Shown: piece by piece, positions 51,233 to 62,496 of the stretch
How positions within the stretch are numbered: the stretch's first letter is position 1
Layout: each line of letters opens with the position of its first letter
NCBI GenBank assembly: GCA_047495785.1
Contig: JBLDXI010000011.1
Coordinates: forward strand, 930,001-994,000
Direction: 5' to 3'
Source: Lepidodermella squamata
Taxonomy: Eukaryota; Animalia; Gastrotricha
DNA: 64,000 nucleotides
Position numbers and translations under genes: made by a program
The notes under the pieces: generated by a model
The model's input: only the letters and a program-made list of their open reading frames with translations
The model's database searches: none
What the model was told of the DNA's origin: nothing

Positions 51233-52279
51233 AGGATGCTTATCTGCGAGTGTGCGGTAAGTGTGTGTCCTTAATCCGCCTTAATATCCTGAACTCCACT
51301 TCATCATAGGTGTAGAGCAACCTAAGCCGCCTGTTGTCGTGCGCGATGGTGCGCCGGCTTTAGCCTTTAGCAGGTGCTATCTGCTATCGAGGACCTGTAC
51401 GGCGCGGACTTTCTGCAGCAAATGTGTTACGCACTTTTTTTACTAAGTCACAAAAGCACTGTTTTTACAAATGGCGAGTTATATAATAAGGATAACAATA
51501 GCATAAGCTATGTTGAGACGGGTATCTATTGTATTATTGAAAGGCTCTCTATTAGACAAAACACGCATTTGTGCTGTTTCTCAATTCTCTGAGTGGTTCT
51601 ACATGTTTACTTGGAAATAATTCCTCTTTAATCTCAAAGTTGCAAGACAATAGCACGAACGGTATTTTCGAAATGAAAAACTTGCTTAAGTAAGGTCTCA
51701 AATAATTAATCAAGTTGCGTTGACAAGCAACGCCAATTAACTTCAATGGAGCAATATATTACTATTACTATTGTAATTAGCTATTGAAGTATAGAGAATA
51801 GATGAGAACATCTATTATGAACCTTGTTCATGTCAGGTTCTCAAATTAAGATAAAAGCTGTGTTTTTAACCGTTTCCAACCAGACAGACTAAATGGGAAA
51901 GACGAGATATTACTGGGGTTCCACGCAATACGACACAACGGCAAAAGGGGCCATGCCGAATGGACCTCATTCCGACAGGCCATGGCAGGAGATGACATGC
52001 GGCTATAGGTGAAGGCAAGCAAGGTCAAGTCGCGTCAGCCCCACTAGTCTGATATGCATGAGACATGCCGCTTTTTGAAACGCGCAGCGTAGGTAGTCCG
52101 TCACCCAGGGCCGAATTAACGCATAGACGGCACGTGCCTAAAGGCCGCCAGCCAAAAAGGGCCGCCTGAAAGTGGTGAATTGTTCGCTATTACTAAAAAT
52201 TCCCGGAAGTTTTGTGGGCCTTTATTAGATCGTTATGCTTTGCAGTTGAGAGCCTTTCCAACTGATTTCAACTGTTATA
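51233..52279 (+). repeat. Repeat A, copy 3 (left end of unit 2)
   Basis: Inverted match to 60488-61502. Confidence 0.9.
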
Positions 52280-53471
52280 TTTCAACAATTTATTTCATCG
52301 ATACTACCCCTAATTCGGAGGATAAAACAACGCAAAATGATTACAACTTGTTGATAAGTGATGAAAATTCTTTATTAGCTGACGGTGAGCGATCGGATGA
52401 TGACGACAAGGTACCGTAAATATTCAGCCCAGACCTTTTCGCGATCGACCAGGTCGTAGGCCTTCTCCAGGTCAATAAAAACGTCTTTTTGCAGGTTTTT
52501 TTTACTTACCGTAAATTCCGAAATACAAGCCCAGGCGGCACTGCAAAGAACATCAAAGTGCCGACAAAGAGTGCCGCCTGGGCTTGTATTTCGGCTTGTA
52601 TTGCCAGTAGCTCGGTCTGAAAATTAGCGTTAGCAAACCCAGTATATGTTGATCGGCGAGGATAAAAATTATCAACTGGAACTAGATGGAAAATTATTGG
52701 AAAAGGTTACATCTTTAAAATATTAGGTAGTATCATCACATCAGACGGTAAAGTGGACGAGGAAATCAAAGCTGGCAGCTGTTTCGGTGCTCTTAGCAAG
52801 CTGATGTGTAACAGACATATTTGCCTAGCCACAAAATTGAAAGTTTTTAAATGTGTGGTAATTCCTACCGTAACCTACGCTTGTGAAACCTGGAACCTAA
52901 CTACCACGCAGGAACAAAGGTTAAATATTGGCTTAGAACCATTAAGGGTTGTTTAGAACAGATATTCCATGAGAAGTGCAAGAAGAAGATCAATGGCTAA
53001 TCGGATCATAGGGTCAATACATATAAAATTCGATTAATATAAAGAAAGTACTACACTAATAAAGGAAAAAGCACGTAGAGAACATTTTCTATTATTAGTG
53101 TAGCACTTTCTTTACATTAATCGAATTTTATATGTATTGACCCATAATTTCAATATGTTCAAAAACATCAACCTTAATTATTATTTCAACTTCAAATTTC
53201 GATTTAATTTCTTAACTAATTCCTGAAGATGGTTATCCAATGGCAGACCGCCATAACAGCGACTGTCTAAAACAGCGAACGCGACATAACAGCATTTTGT
53301 GTACTGCGACGTAACGGCGATCGACGTAACAGCGTAATTCCTCATTAGCGACAACGGTGTATATCCACGATTTATTTAATTAGCGTCAAAACAGCAAAAC
53401 GCAAAACAGCGATCGCGATTAGCTTATTATCATATAAAGCCAGCAAATTGAAAGTATTTGTTAAACAAAGA

Positions 53472-55845
53472 TTAATTGGTCAGCAGCTCAACTGGTATTT
53501 TTCGGTACTTGTCCCTTTTCAATTCAAAGTGCAAAATAATAGTATACAAATAAGCCTCAATCGAGACAACATCGCTGATTTTTTCTGTGTCGAAAGACAA
53601 GCAGATCTTTTTCAATGCCGCCGCTGCCTTCTCCTCTTGAGGATAGGACCTTTTGTATGTTAAACCGCTAGCACGCGACAGCAGCCGGGCGTCGCAGAGG
53701 TCTTGCTCCTTGCGGAAGTAAGCGATCAGTTCATACGGGGACGGATGCGGCTTGTCTACGAAGTCTTGGAAGACCTTGTGCCAAACTTCAGCTTCGTTGT
53801 CAGTGAGCGGGAAGCCGGCACAAGCCCTCAAAAAGCATGTCCAAATGGCAGGATCGAACCTTGGATTTTTCGTCAAAATGCGGTGGCGGTACACGCCCAC
53901 ATAGAATGTTTCGAAATATTCGTATAGGCGAAGGAGGCCAGGAGCATTTTCTTTTTCGGCAATTTCAGCGACCTTGGCGTCTAACGCGTAAAATGAAGAC
54001 GCGACCTGATCGAGCGGCAAAAAGGCGAGTGCAGGTAGATACCATAGGCGCACACTCTGCGATAAACAGCCTAGAAATACGAAATTTAAATTTAAAGAAA
54101 AAATGATAAATCAACGAGTTCCTTACTTGGCAGAGGTGAAAGAAGCAACCGAGAATCATCGCATTAGGCCATATCGCCGCAAGACTCGAAATCGCCGCTA
54201 GCTCAAAATCGGGAGTAACCTGTTCGAGATATAGATCCGGAATTTTTTGCCGAAGTCTATCGAATAATTTTTCGTAAATTGGGCCGTCTTTACGAGGCAG
54301 AAGGGCATAAGCGGCCGGAAAGATGGCGCCTTCAGTCACGGCATGAAGGGTATAGACCTGTAATCATTGTAAATAGTTTCATTTCATTTCATGCAACTTT
54401 TTAAAAAAAATTAAAAAAAAATCAAAAAAATAATCAAATCATTTTCAAGACTTTATTTTCAAAAAAAAATTATTTTTATTTCAATTAAATTTTAATTCCA
54501 AATTTTATTTTTATTTTCAATTTTATTTACATGTGAAAACAACGTCGGCGATATCCAAAATGTGCCATCGCCAGACATCCGCCGGCATTCCTTCAACAGT
54601 TCCAGGTTCTTGTTAGTTCCGAAGCAAATTATCCTATCGTCATCATTTGTGTCGAAAAGGACGTCACCGCGTGTTGTCTTTAACAAGTGAGGTACTAGAG
54701 CGAGATCAATGTCGGCGACAGACGGCGGCGCCCTGGGCAGCGGATTAATTTTCGCTCGAACTCGCTCGCATAGGCGTTGAGTAGCTCGCTAATACACCTA
54801 GGCCGACACCCCCGACGACACCCGACCGTAATTCACGAGGCTTGTCCCGACTGCTTCCGGCGCGGTGCTTCAGTTCGTCGCGCAAACCGCGGGCGCTAGT
54901 TTTATCGGTATCCGGCTCGTGTCCGTGCTCAGGCCATTTTTCTTCATCAACAGGCCTGTTTTCACTGTCAAAAAGCGCTCTTCCTTCACAACTCTTAGTT
55001 TTGAATTTCGCTTTGCTAACGCGGCCCTCTTTCGGCACAATTGGCTCAGTTGTCTTAAAAATCCGACAGCAGCGCCATGAAGTGTGACCATTCTTTAGAG
55101 GGTTCGGGTCGCGGTATTCGAAGCCGCGGTAGACCAGGTGATCCTTCCTTTTGTTGCTGGAGATCAAGGTGGGCTTTTCGAACTCAATAACCGTGCGGCC
55201 AGGGGCAAGAGCTAACTCGGCTAAAGCTGAAACGAACAAGGTTTGACCTTGTTTAACGACGGGTCGATTAACACGGCGTCTCGACGTGGAAGCCGAAGGA
55301 GTCTCAGTAGGGACTAGCTCGCTTGGCGATTGCGATGTTATAGCAGACGATGATGATAATGGCGATGTTAACTCGAAGCCAGGTGGCGGTGGTAACTGCT
55401 CATGACCTGCCAAACCAAGAAATTCCTCCAGAAAATGTTGAGGCGGCAGCGCATCGAGAGACGTCAGCTGAGCGTTCTCGTCGTTTTCTGGCAAATTTAT
55501 GGGAGTGGAAACTTTAACAGCCGATCGTCCTACGGGCGCCAGTTCCATCATGAATGAATCTTCGGCAACGCTGGGCGAGGTCGACAGCAATTGGGGTGAG
55601 CCGGGCTGTGAGTAGCTAATGTCAGTTTCACCAAGATTATTAGCAGCCGCTGCTCCTAATAGCACTCCAGCGGCAGGACTGTCGCCCACTTGCTTCTTTG
55701 ATTTTTTAAATTTCTTCGGTTTTGCACTCTGCTCGGTTGGCTGAACAGGAACGGCGGTTGTAGCAGCCCTTCGACGCGTAATTCTAGGCGTCGCCTCAAC
55801 TACAGGCGGCTTAGGCTTGTTCTTGGAACCTTTTTTACGACCCAT
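53472..55845 (-). pseudogene. FLYWCH-MULE transposase pseudogene, copy 2
   Basis: Same frameshift as copy 1, plus a 49-bp deletion near 54040. Confidence 0.88.
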
Positions 55846-56151
55846 GTGTGAGGAAAAAATTGGAAAAAATCCAGCACAAAATTTGAAAACTTATTTAAAT
55901 TTAAAATCGAAATTGAAAAATATAAAAATTTTTGGATTTTACAGTCTCCATCAACAGTGTCGCATATGTTTCCACCTTAAAATGTGTGTTCGCTATCACG
56001 TCCGAAAATAGCGGTCGGTTTATATAAAAAGCGGGAACATTGTGGTGTTTAGTTTTATATTATTCATAAAGCTGTTACGCGCATCGGCTGTTTTGTCGCG
56101 TTTCAATGGAAATATATAACAATCCTGGTAAATATAAATATTTCCTCGCTG

Positions 56152-56299
56152 CATAGAGCGAAGTAGGACCGCGGAACTGGTAGGGAATACAAAAATTGAC
56201 ATAAGGGTTCCCCTTTTGTTCTTTGAATGAGCTCACCGTAAGGAACGATGGAACATGTAGGGATGATCCCTACCATCCCTAGCGGTACTTCGTACTCTG
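56152..56299. mobile_element. 148-bp hAT-like MITE private to unit 2
   Basis: 8-bp TSD CCTCGCTG (56144-51, 56300-07); empty site in unit 1 near 38610. Confidence 0.88.
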
Positions 56300-57131
56300 C
56301 CTCGCTGTTCTGTCGCTTTCGCCGTTACGTCGACAGCTGTTATCATTTTCGCTGTTTTGTCGCGTTCGCTGTTTTAGACAGTCGCTGTTCTGACGTCCTG
56401 CTTATCCAATATAACCGAAACGTTGGAATAAATGCGTTACGTTTTACATTTCGTAAACAACATTTACTCAAAGAAACTTGTAATGCGTTAATTCATTTTG
56501 AACAAGCGTTAACTCATTTAGAAAAATGAATGGGATTGGAATTCTCTTGCCGCAATGTTGTTACTCTATCAGAATGAAACAGGACAAGCATTCTGCGTGA
56601 GAAAAATGTTTTTCAGGAATATTCTTGGAATGGTGACAAGTGAAAATATTCCAAAGTTGCGATTAAGACAACTAAACAGCGCTAATATAAACTAACTTAT
56701 TTAATTCTCGAGCACATCTCAATTTTATTGTCCTAAATTAAAAAATTGATAGGTTTCTATTCGTTTTATTACGATCTATCAAAAACATAGGCCGATAGAT
56801 TCACCAGTAAGACCAGCCAGTAATACGTGTCGTCACGAGGAACAGATGACGATTATTCATAGAAGAATGTTCTTTTGAAATGTTGAGAGAGTAAAGAATG
56901 ATAGAGCAAGGAAATAAATGAAATTTACCTCTTCAAAAAATCACATTTAAAGTAGTCTATGATAAAGTTTATTTTGCAAGAAAAAAAGAACGCGAGAAGT
57001 TTAAAAGCAAAAGTACCATATTATCTTGTCAGCATTGGAAATGTAAAACTTATTGATCTTCTCATTCGTTCGTTTAAAAGACTATTCTTAGCATTAACGG
57101 CTGTTTTAGGTCACATTTTGAATGATTAGCA

Positions 57132-58086
57132 CTAGGAATTGTTCCCTGTGCATTTTTCGACTGTTAGTCCGTACACACTGACAGTTGAGGTTGCCGGCAC
57201 CGCGCTCGCTGGAGTAGAGCCGAGAGCCTGGCAACAGGCGCCGTAATTGGCAAAAGAATAGGTTGTGGGCGAAACCTTGATTGTCTGTTTAAAGTTTCAC
57301 GGTCATACAGAGCTGTATTGTAAATTGCATATTATGATCTTACCACACCGCTTGTTAGAAGGACGTCGGATGAACCACCAGCTGTATGCGGAAAACGGAC
57401 GCAGTTGCCGGTCGTGGCCGTGGCAGATGTCCCGGTAACCAGATAGGGCGTCGAGGAAGCGGCACCGATGCAAACCGTTGCATAGGCTACCGGTGGGCCC
57501 GTGATAACAGCTTGCTCGTACATAATGTTCGCGGTTGTTGGAGTTGTCGCGGCACAGCATAGGGCAAAGGTAGTGTACGTGTTCGGGGTTGGTGTTACTT
57601 GCTGGAAAATGCATTAATATGTCAAAGAGAATGCGATCTTAGTGTGTCCATACTGTTGCGCCAGTTAATTGGGTACAGGCTCCCGCGTTATCGATGCAGA
57701 ATTTCAAATTCGTCTGGCTGGTACCCGAACCGCCTTGGGTCGTTATTTGACAAAGATTGTAGACGGGCTAGATAATACGATTGAAATTAGCGTTTCACAA
57801 CAACGACATCCAATTAGGGGAAGAAATAAATACATAATCCGCCATGGCACAAATAGTTGATGCAAAAAAGAATTACAGTTGTTAAGCAGCTTTTAGTGCT
57901 ATCTGTGCACGCCTGGGTAGAGGTAACGCATTGGTTCGGAGATGAGCAAGTCGAAGTTGAAGCTGCGCATGATTGACCGGAAGGGCAAGATGACGAGCCG
58001 GTTGGGCATGGAGTTGAAGTTGATGCAGGGCATGCGTTTGCTGCTGCAATAACAATCGCAAATATCACCCCTCCTGAGATAACCAT
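57132..58086 (-). CDS. Predicted secreted Cys/Thr/Ser-rich protein, copy 2 (exons 58086-57877, 57601-57344, 57284-57132)
   Basis: Protein identical to copy 1; splice sites retained. Confidence 0.8.
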
Positions 58087-60487
58087 TTTATATTGAGAGC
58101 TGAAGTGATTGAAATGAAAATGAAATCGTGAGAATAAAACTGCAAGGATCGCGATTTATATACTATAACTGGGGTTGTCGGCCATGTCGAACCGTCACTG
58201 CAGAAACTGAAGTGAAGAATTATTGCTGAGATTTGAGGAGACGCTTTAATTCATAAAAATTAGCGTTGCTCTTAGTCAGGACAGAAAGAGACCACAGGAC
58301 TGATAAATCTTGGCGTGCATATCAGAAGTAGATCTTGAAGAAACGCTCACGTCAGACTGCCGAAGAACAAAAACGGGATGCATCTGGGTTGGATGTAGAT
58401 CAGAAGTTTATGTCATGTAGCTGTGAAATAGACGCGTCAGACATGTAGTGAAGATGCATCTTTCCTATTCAATAGTTGCAAGTATCTTGGATGAAAGATG
58501 AATCCTACACGTTCAGCTGGGTTCACGGACTCGGCGATGTCGCGCGTGTCGCCATTTTCGCAACATTGTCGCATGTTGCGTCGCGAAGTTGAAAATCGTT
58601 GATGGTGATATTATGCCTTTTACCCTTGCGGGTTTAGGGTACTGTGGACGACGAGGGATCAGCTTCGGCGTCCGACTGTTGCATTTTGAACAACAGTTGG
58701 AAACAGTTGGAAAAAATTCGTCATAATTGTTTTTCCTTTTTCCCGCACTTGCGCAGCCGATGATTGGGGGTCGGACGGAAATGACAAGGACATGACAAGG
58801 AATTAAGCCACAGAAACAGTTTCTCGCGCACGACAGAATTTCAATCTATCCGCAAATTCATCTCAATAAACAACCAAAAGGGGACATATTTTCCATATCC
58901 TACCGCCGTCCTACTTCGCTCTCTGATATCGAGCCTTCCGCGCCAGAACAGTGTGACGGAAATAGAAACAAATGGCGTAATGCATTAAATGCGCAGAAAA
59001 ATCTGTACTGTTTAAACAGTTGCACATTTACAGCCAAATGTCTGTGTTGATCTGCAATGTGACCTGAGCGTGATTTGATGCATTAGATGCGCAGAAAAAA
59101 ACTGGCGTTCAACTTTTTTCCAGCGATCAGGCACGCGACTGACTTGGCGGAGATGCAACAATTAGTTTTACGCTATTTGGTTTTTTTCCGGCACACTGTT
59201 CCGGCGCGGAAGGCGCGATATAGGCCCAGCTCCGCCGGCCTGGGCAATAGGCATACGTCGTTGTGTTGTTGGTAGAAATTGGGGCTCTACGCGATTCACG
59301 GCCTACGCAAGTTGGCCTGCGTATGTTTGATAAAATGGTAAACAATTTCGTCCAACAATATTTCAGGCGTAGCTTGATTTATTTCAATGATTCATTCAAG
59401 TCACTGTTTTAACAGTTGCACTGCTGAGTGTGACCTGAGCGTGATGTCTGTCATAATTATAGTGTGTATATTCCATGATAATCGACATGACCGACCTACA
59501 CGTTTGCGATGGATGACCCATATTGAAAATGTATGTTCTCCATGGCTAGTCTGTTTACAGATTATCTTTTAGCGGAACCAAATCGGCACTTTGCGGAACT
59601 TATTTTCAGGTAAGCGAAAGGTCGCTTTTTGAATAATACTGTGAAATTGAGGCAATGCATGAATCTATAGTAAAGAATGCGTCTTTTACAGATTTTACGC
59701 TGAATTTGATGATTCAAATTATGCTGATAAATCGTGACATTCTTGAAAGCTTCAATAAGTGGCTCTAGGCCTATGAAAAATCCGAAGTTGGGTTCTGCTA
59801 ACAGGCAAATTTTGTACCGCTACAGTCAAATTAGGTTACGCTAAAAGTTATTTCAGAGCAATTTTAAGCTATTATCAGCACAAATTCCTGAATAAATCAT
59901 CGAAATTTGAGCTCGCTTCGCTCACATATTTAGGAGTTTTTATCTCCCGCCTCCCGCCACTTCAAATATTTGTAGAAAGAGGGGAATGCTTTTGCTATTG
60001 CTATTTGTATCGGTATACAATTCGTGCAATTTTCGGACAGTAAAATTCCGGTAAATATAAGACTCGTAAACGCCGAATGCTTTGGGTAACACAATGCCGC
60101 CGCGCGCTGTATAATCCCACCTGTATGAATACAAACTCTGAGAAATTTGAAAAACAAATTGGAAATGCTGAATCATGCTGCATGAAAAGTTCTGAATCAG
60201 CATGAAATTGCGAACTTCATCGTCCAAGACGGGTGAGTCATATAATACAGTGCGTTTCAGAATTACATGCCCGGTACTTCCTTGTTTGTGTTGTTTTTTC
60301 TAATGTTGTGAATATTCACCATATTCACGTTGCTGTTGCTATTATTATACGCATATACGCACAAAGTGAAGAATTGAGCGATATTCGCGATATCGTGGAT
60401 ATTGACTCTCTTAACAAGCAAAAGCATTCATTTCAAAGCCGGAAACCAGAATCTGAATAAGCAATTAATACCGTATTACCGCGCTTG

Positions 60488-61502
60488 TATAACAGTTGAA
60501 ATCAGTTGGAAAGGCTCTCAACTGCAAAGCATAACGATCTAATAAAGGAACAGCGAACAATTCACCACTTTCAGGCGGCCCTTTTTGGCTGGCGGCCTTT
60601 AGGCACGTGCCGTCTATGCGTTAATTCGGCCCTGGGTGACGGACTACCTACGCTGCGCGTTTCAAAAAGCGGCATGTCTCATGCATATCAGACTAGTGGG
60701 GCTGACGCGACTTGACCTTGCTTGCCTTCACCTATAGCCGCATGTCATCTCCTGCCATGGCCTGTCGGAATGAGGTCCATTCGGCATGGCCCCTTTTGCC
60801 GTTGTGTCGTATTGCGTGGAACCCCAGTAATATCTCGTCTTTCCCATTTAGTCTGTCTGGTTGGAAACGGTTAAAAACACAGCTTTTATCTTAATTTGAG
60901 AACCTGACATGAACAAGGTTCATAATAGATGTTCTCATCTATTCTCTATACTTCAATAGCTAATTACAATAGTAATAGTAATATATTGCTCCATTGAAGT
61001 TAATTGGCGTTGCTTGTCAACGCAACTTGATTAATTATTTGAGACCTTACTTAAGCAAGTTTTTCATTTCGAAAATACCGTTCGTGCTATTGTCTTGCAA
61101 CTTTGAGATTAAAGAGGAATTATTTCCAAGTAAACATGTAGAACCACTCAGAGAATTGAGAAACAGCACAAATGCGTGTTTTGTCTAATAGAGCCTTTCA
61201 ATAATACAATAGATACCCGTCTCAACATAGCTTATGCTATTGTTATCCTTAATATAACTCGCCATCAGTAAACAAAGTGCTTTTGTGACTTAGTAAACAA
61301 GTGCGTAACACATTTGCTGCAGAACGTCCGCGCCGTACACATCCTCGATAGCAGATAGCACCTGCTAAAGGCTAAAGCCGGCGCACCATCGCGCACGACA
61401 ACAGGCGGCTTAGGTTGCTCTACACCTATGATGAAGTGGAGTTCAGGATATTAAGGCGGATTAAGGACACACACTTACCGCACACTCGCAGATAAGCATC
61501 CT
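60488..61502 (-). repeat. Repeat A, copy 4 (inverted; right end of unit 2)
   Basis: Reverse complement of 51233-52279. Confidence 0.9.
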
Positions 61503-61733
61503 AGATAAGCAGATAAGCAGCAGATAAACGTTTGACGTTTGAAGTATTTTGCCATTTGTTGTTAAGCCACTCGGAACGGAAATACTGCAATAAAGCCTCG
61601 GCTTCTGGGACACATTGTGACATTTGTAGCGCCCATTGTTGTAATTGCAATTTAAAAGTGTTTCCGCTAACGCACTCACGAACTAGTCACAATACGTTCA
61701 CGTCGCGGAAGAACTCGCACTTTGGTTTTTTTT

Positions 61734-62491
61734 GGTAGGTCATGACTCCTACGAATCTTCTTTTTCCCAGTGGCACAAGTTTCGCCCCTGTCGCTGAGCA
61801 GAATCGTTGTTGCACCGCATTCAGCTTCTCGAGGACACTCTCTGAGGCCGCAAACGTGTACGGGACCATACCGAATTCGATAAAGGGTAGCACATAAGTT
61901 TTGTAGGCATTTTCGAGTTGCTGTAGAGATAGGTTGGGTGATCGCTTTTCTCGCTTGCCTCACTTTTTTCGTTATTCCATTGATAGGCCAGTATCCAGGA
62001 CTAGGCCTAGTAAGGTCGTTGTTTCTGCACCAGCGTGATCTACAGGATTTGGGTCTTCAGCTGTCTGACTTCTTGCGCTGCACCTAAAGCGTGGGTACGA
62101 GAACGTGGTATCGATGCGCTTTTTTGGGTCCATCGACACCCGGTGCGACTGCGCCCACTCGGTTGCGTTTGCCTCTGCGATGTCGACGTTGGCCTGTGAT
62201 GAGCTGCCGAAGTTAAAATCGTCGGCGAACGTGTAAGGCTCTGGTGGGTCGTAGTCGATTTCTTTATTCGGCCGGGTCACCGAGCGACTAATTCCACCAT
62301 AGAATACGAGCCATAGCGATGGTCCTAGTGCGCTGCCCTGGCATATTCCTGCGGCTTCTGGACGATCACTTGATGCTGCACCCGCCACTAGTACGCGGAA
62401 ACATCCATCAGTTAGGAATGATCGAATGAGGGCATGGACTTTTCCTCGGATGCCGGCTCTCCACAGTATTTCGAGCAGCAGCGTGCAGATC
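61734..62491 (-). pseudogene. Inverted duplicate of the RT fragment 49494-50258
   Basis: Near-identical reverse complement with the same 5' truncation point (GATCTGC). Confidence 0.88.
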
Positions 62492-62496
62492 GATTC

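Larger units (their letters stand above)
53242..56402 (-). mobile_element. Mutator-like (FLYWCH-MULE) transposon, duplicated copy
   Basis: Same TIRs and same TSD (TATCCAAT at 53234-41 and 56403-10) as the copy at 38513, so it arose by segmental duplication rather than a new insertion. Confidence 0.92.
50524..61450 (-). repeat. Right arm of large inverted duplication (unit 2)
   Basis: Reverse-complement match to 34118-43512, with private segments at ~50720-51230, 56152-56299, 58670-59235 and ~60175-60305. Confidence 0.95.
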
